Source: Candidatus Micrarchaeia archaeon
GTDB lineage: Archaea > Micrarchaeota > Micrarchaeia > Burarchaeales > JAVZCV01
NCBI GenBank assembly: GCA_038874215.1
Contig: JAVZCV010000009.1
Coordinates: 1-36,760, forward strand
Length of the DNA: 36,760 bases
Direction: 5' to 3'
This document shows positions 36,277 to 36,760 of this stretch, piece after piece; within the stretch, counting starts at the first letter, position 1, and each line of letters opens with the position of its first letter. Made by a program: the position numbers and the translations under genes. Under the pieces are notes generated by a model. It was not told the origin of the DNA. It made no database searches and saw only the letters and a program-made list of their open reading frames with translations.

Positions 36277-36760
36277 CTAGATGCGGACTAATCTGTGCAC
36301 GATCTCTATATCCTTGTCTCCCCTTCCAGAAAGGCAGACAACGATTTTTTCTTCTTTATCCATTTTGCGCGCGAGTTTTAGTGCATATGCTATCGCATGG
36401 GCGGACTCAAGGGCAGGCATTATTCCCTCTGTTTTTGCAAGAAGCATGAATGCCCCAAGCGCCTCCTTATCGCTAACTGCAACATACCTCGCACGCCCGC
36501 TCTCCTTTAGAAGTGCATGCTCGGGCCCGACGCCAGGATAGTCAAGCCCAGCCGATATGCTGTGCGTTTCGGCTATGTTTCCGTCTTCATTCTGGAGCAC
36601 ATAAGAGAGAGAACCGTGGAGAACGCCTTTTTTGCCTGCGCATAGGGATGCTGCATGCTTTCCCGTCTTCAGCCCCTTCCCACCCGCCTCAACTCCGTAT
36701 AGGGCACATTTTTCCCCTATGAAAGGGTAAAAAAGCCCGATTGAGTTGCTTCCTCCCCCA
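36277..36760 (-). CDS. trpB: Tryptophan synthase beta chain, 5' part outside the window
   Basis: The frame is open to the window edge: [51 protein letters not shown]. Confidence 0.96.
   Translation of the reverse strand, partial: GGGSNSIGLFYPFIGEKCALYGVEAGGKGLKTGKHAASLCAGKKGVLHGSLSYVLQNEDGNIAETHSISAGLDYPGVGPEHALLKESGRARYVAVSDKEALGAFMLLAKTEGIMPALESAHAIAYALKLARKMDKEEKIVVCLSGRGDKDIEIVHRLVRI

Noticed and set aside
36277-36600. Truncated trpB pseudogene suggested by the 107-aa ORF call
   Set aside because: The frame stays open with TrpB motifs to the window edge; this is an edge artefact.

Overview
A compact, gene-dense archaeal chromosomal segment. Archaeal markers include type II Met aminopeptidase, Hjc, a COG1395 regulator, BRE/TATA promoters and a BHB-intron tRNA. 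A DPANN/Micrarchaeota-like origin is my inference only. There are about 38 CDS and one tRNA-Arg(UCG) with two introns; I found no CRISPR array, integrase or transposase. The centre (8759-24623) is a ~16 kb divergent one-carbon cluster. Leftward: membrane protein, PHP phosphoesterase, gcvT-H-PA-PB, lipS1, a lipS2-lplB fusion, lplA and lpdA. Rightward: class II RNR nrdJ, cobO with a 4-Cys insert, split metE, metF and thyX. Two NrdR-box-like palindromes, 32 bp apart, sit against the nrdJ TATA box. Also present: polX, thiM/thiE/thiC, a fumarase / Re-citrate-synthase-like / mdh operon, pepA, ferredoxin, an NlpC/P60 peptidase, an N-terminal-half Rqc2/NFACT protein and the end of a trp operon. All calls rest on motif recognition by eye; no database searches were run.
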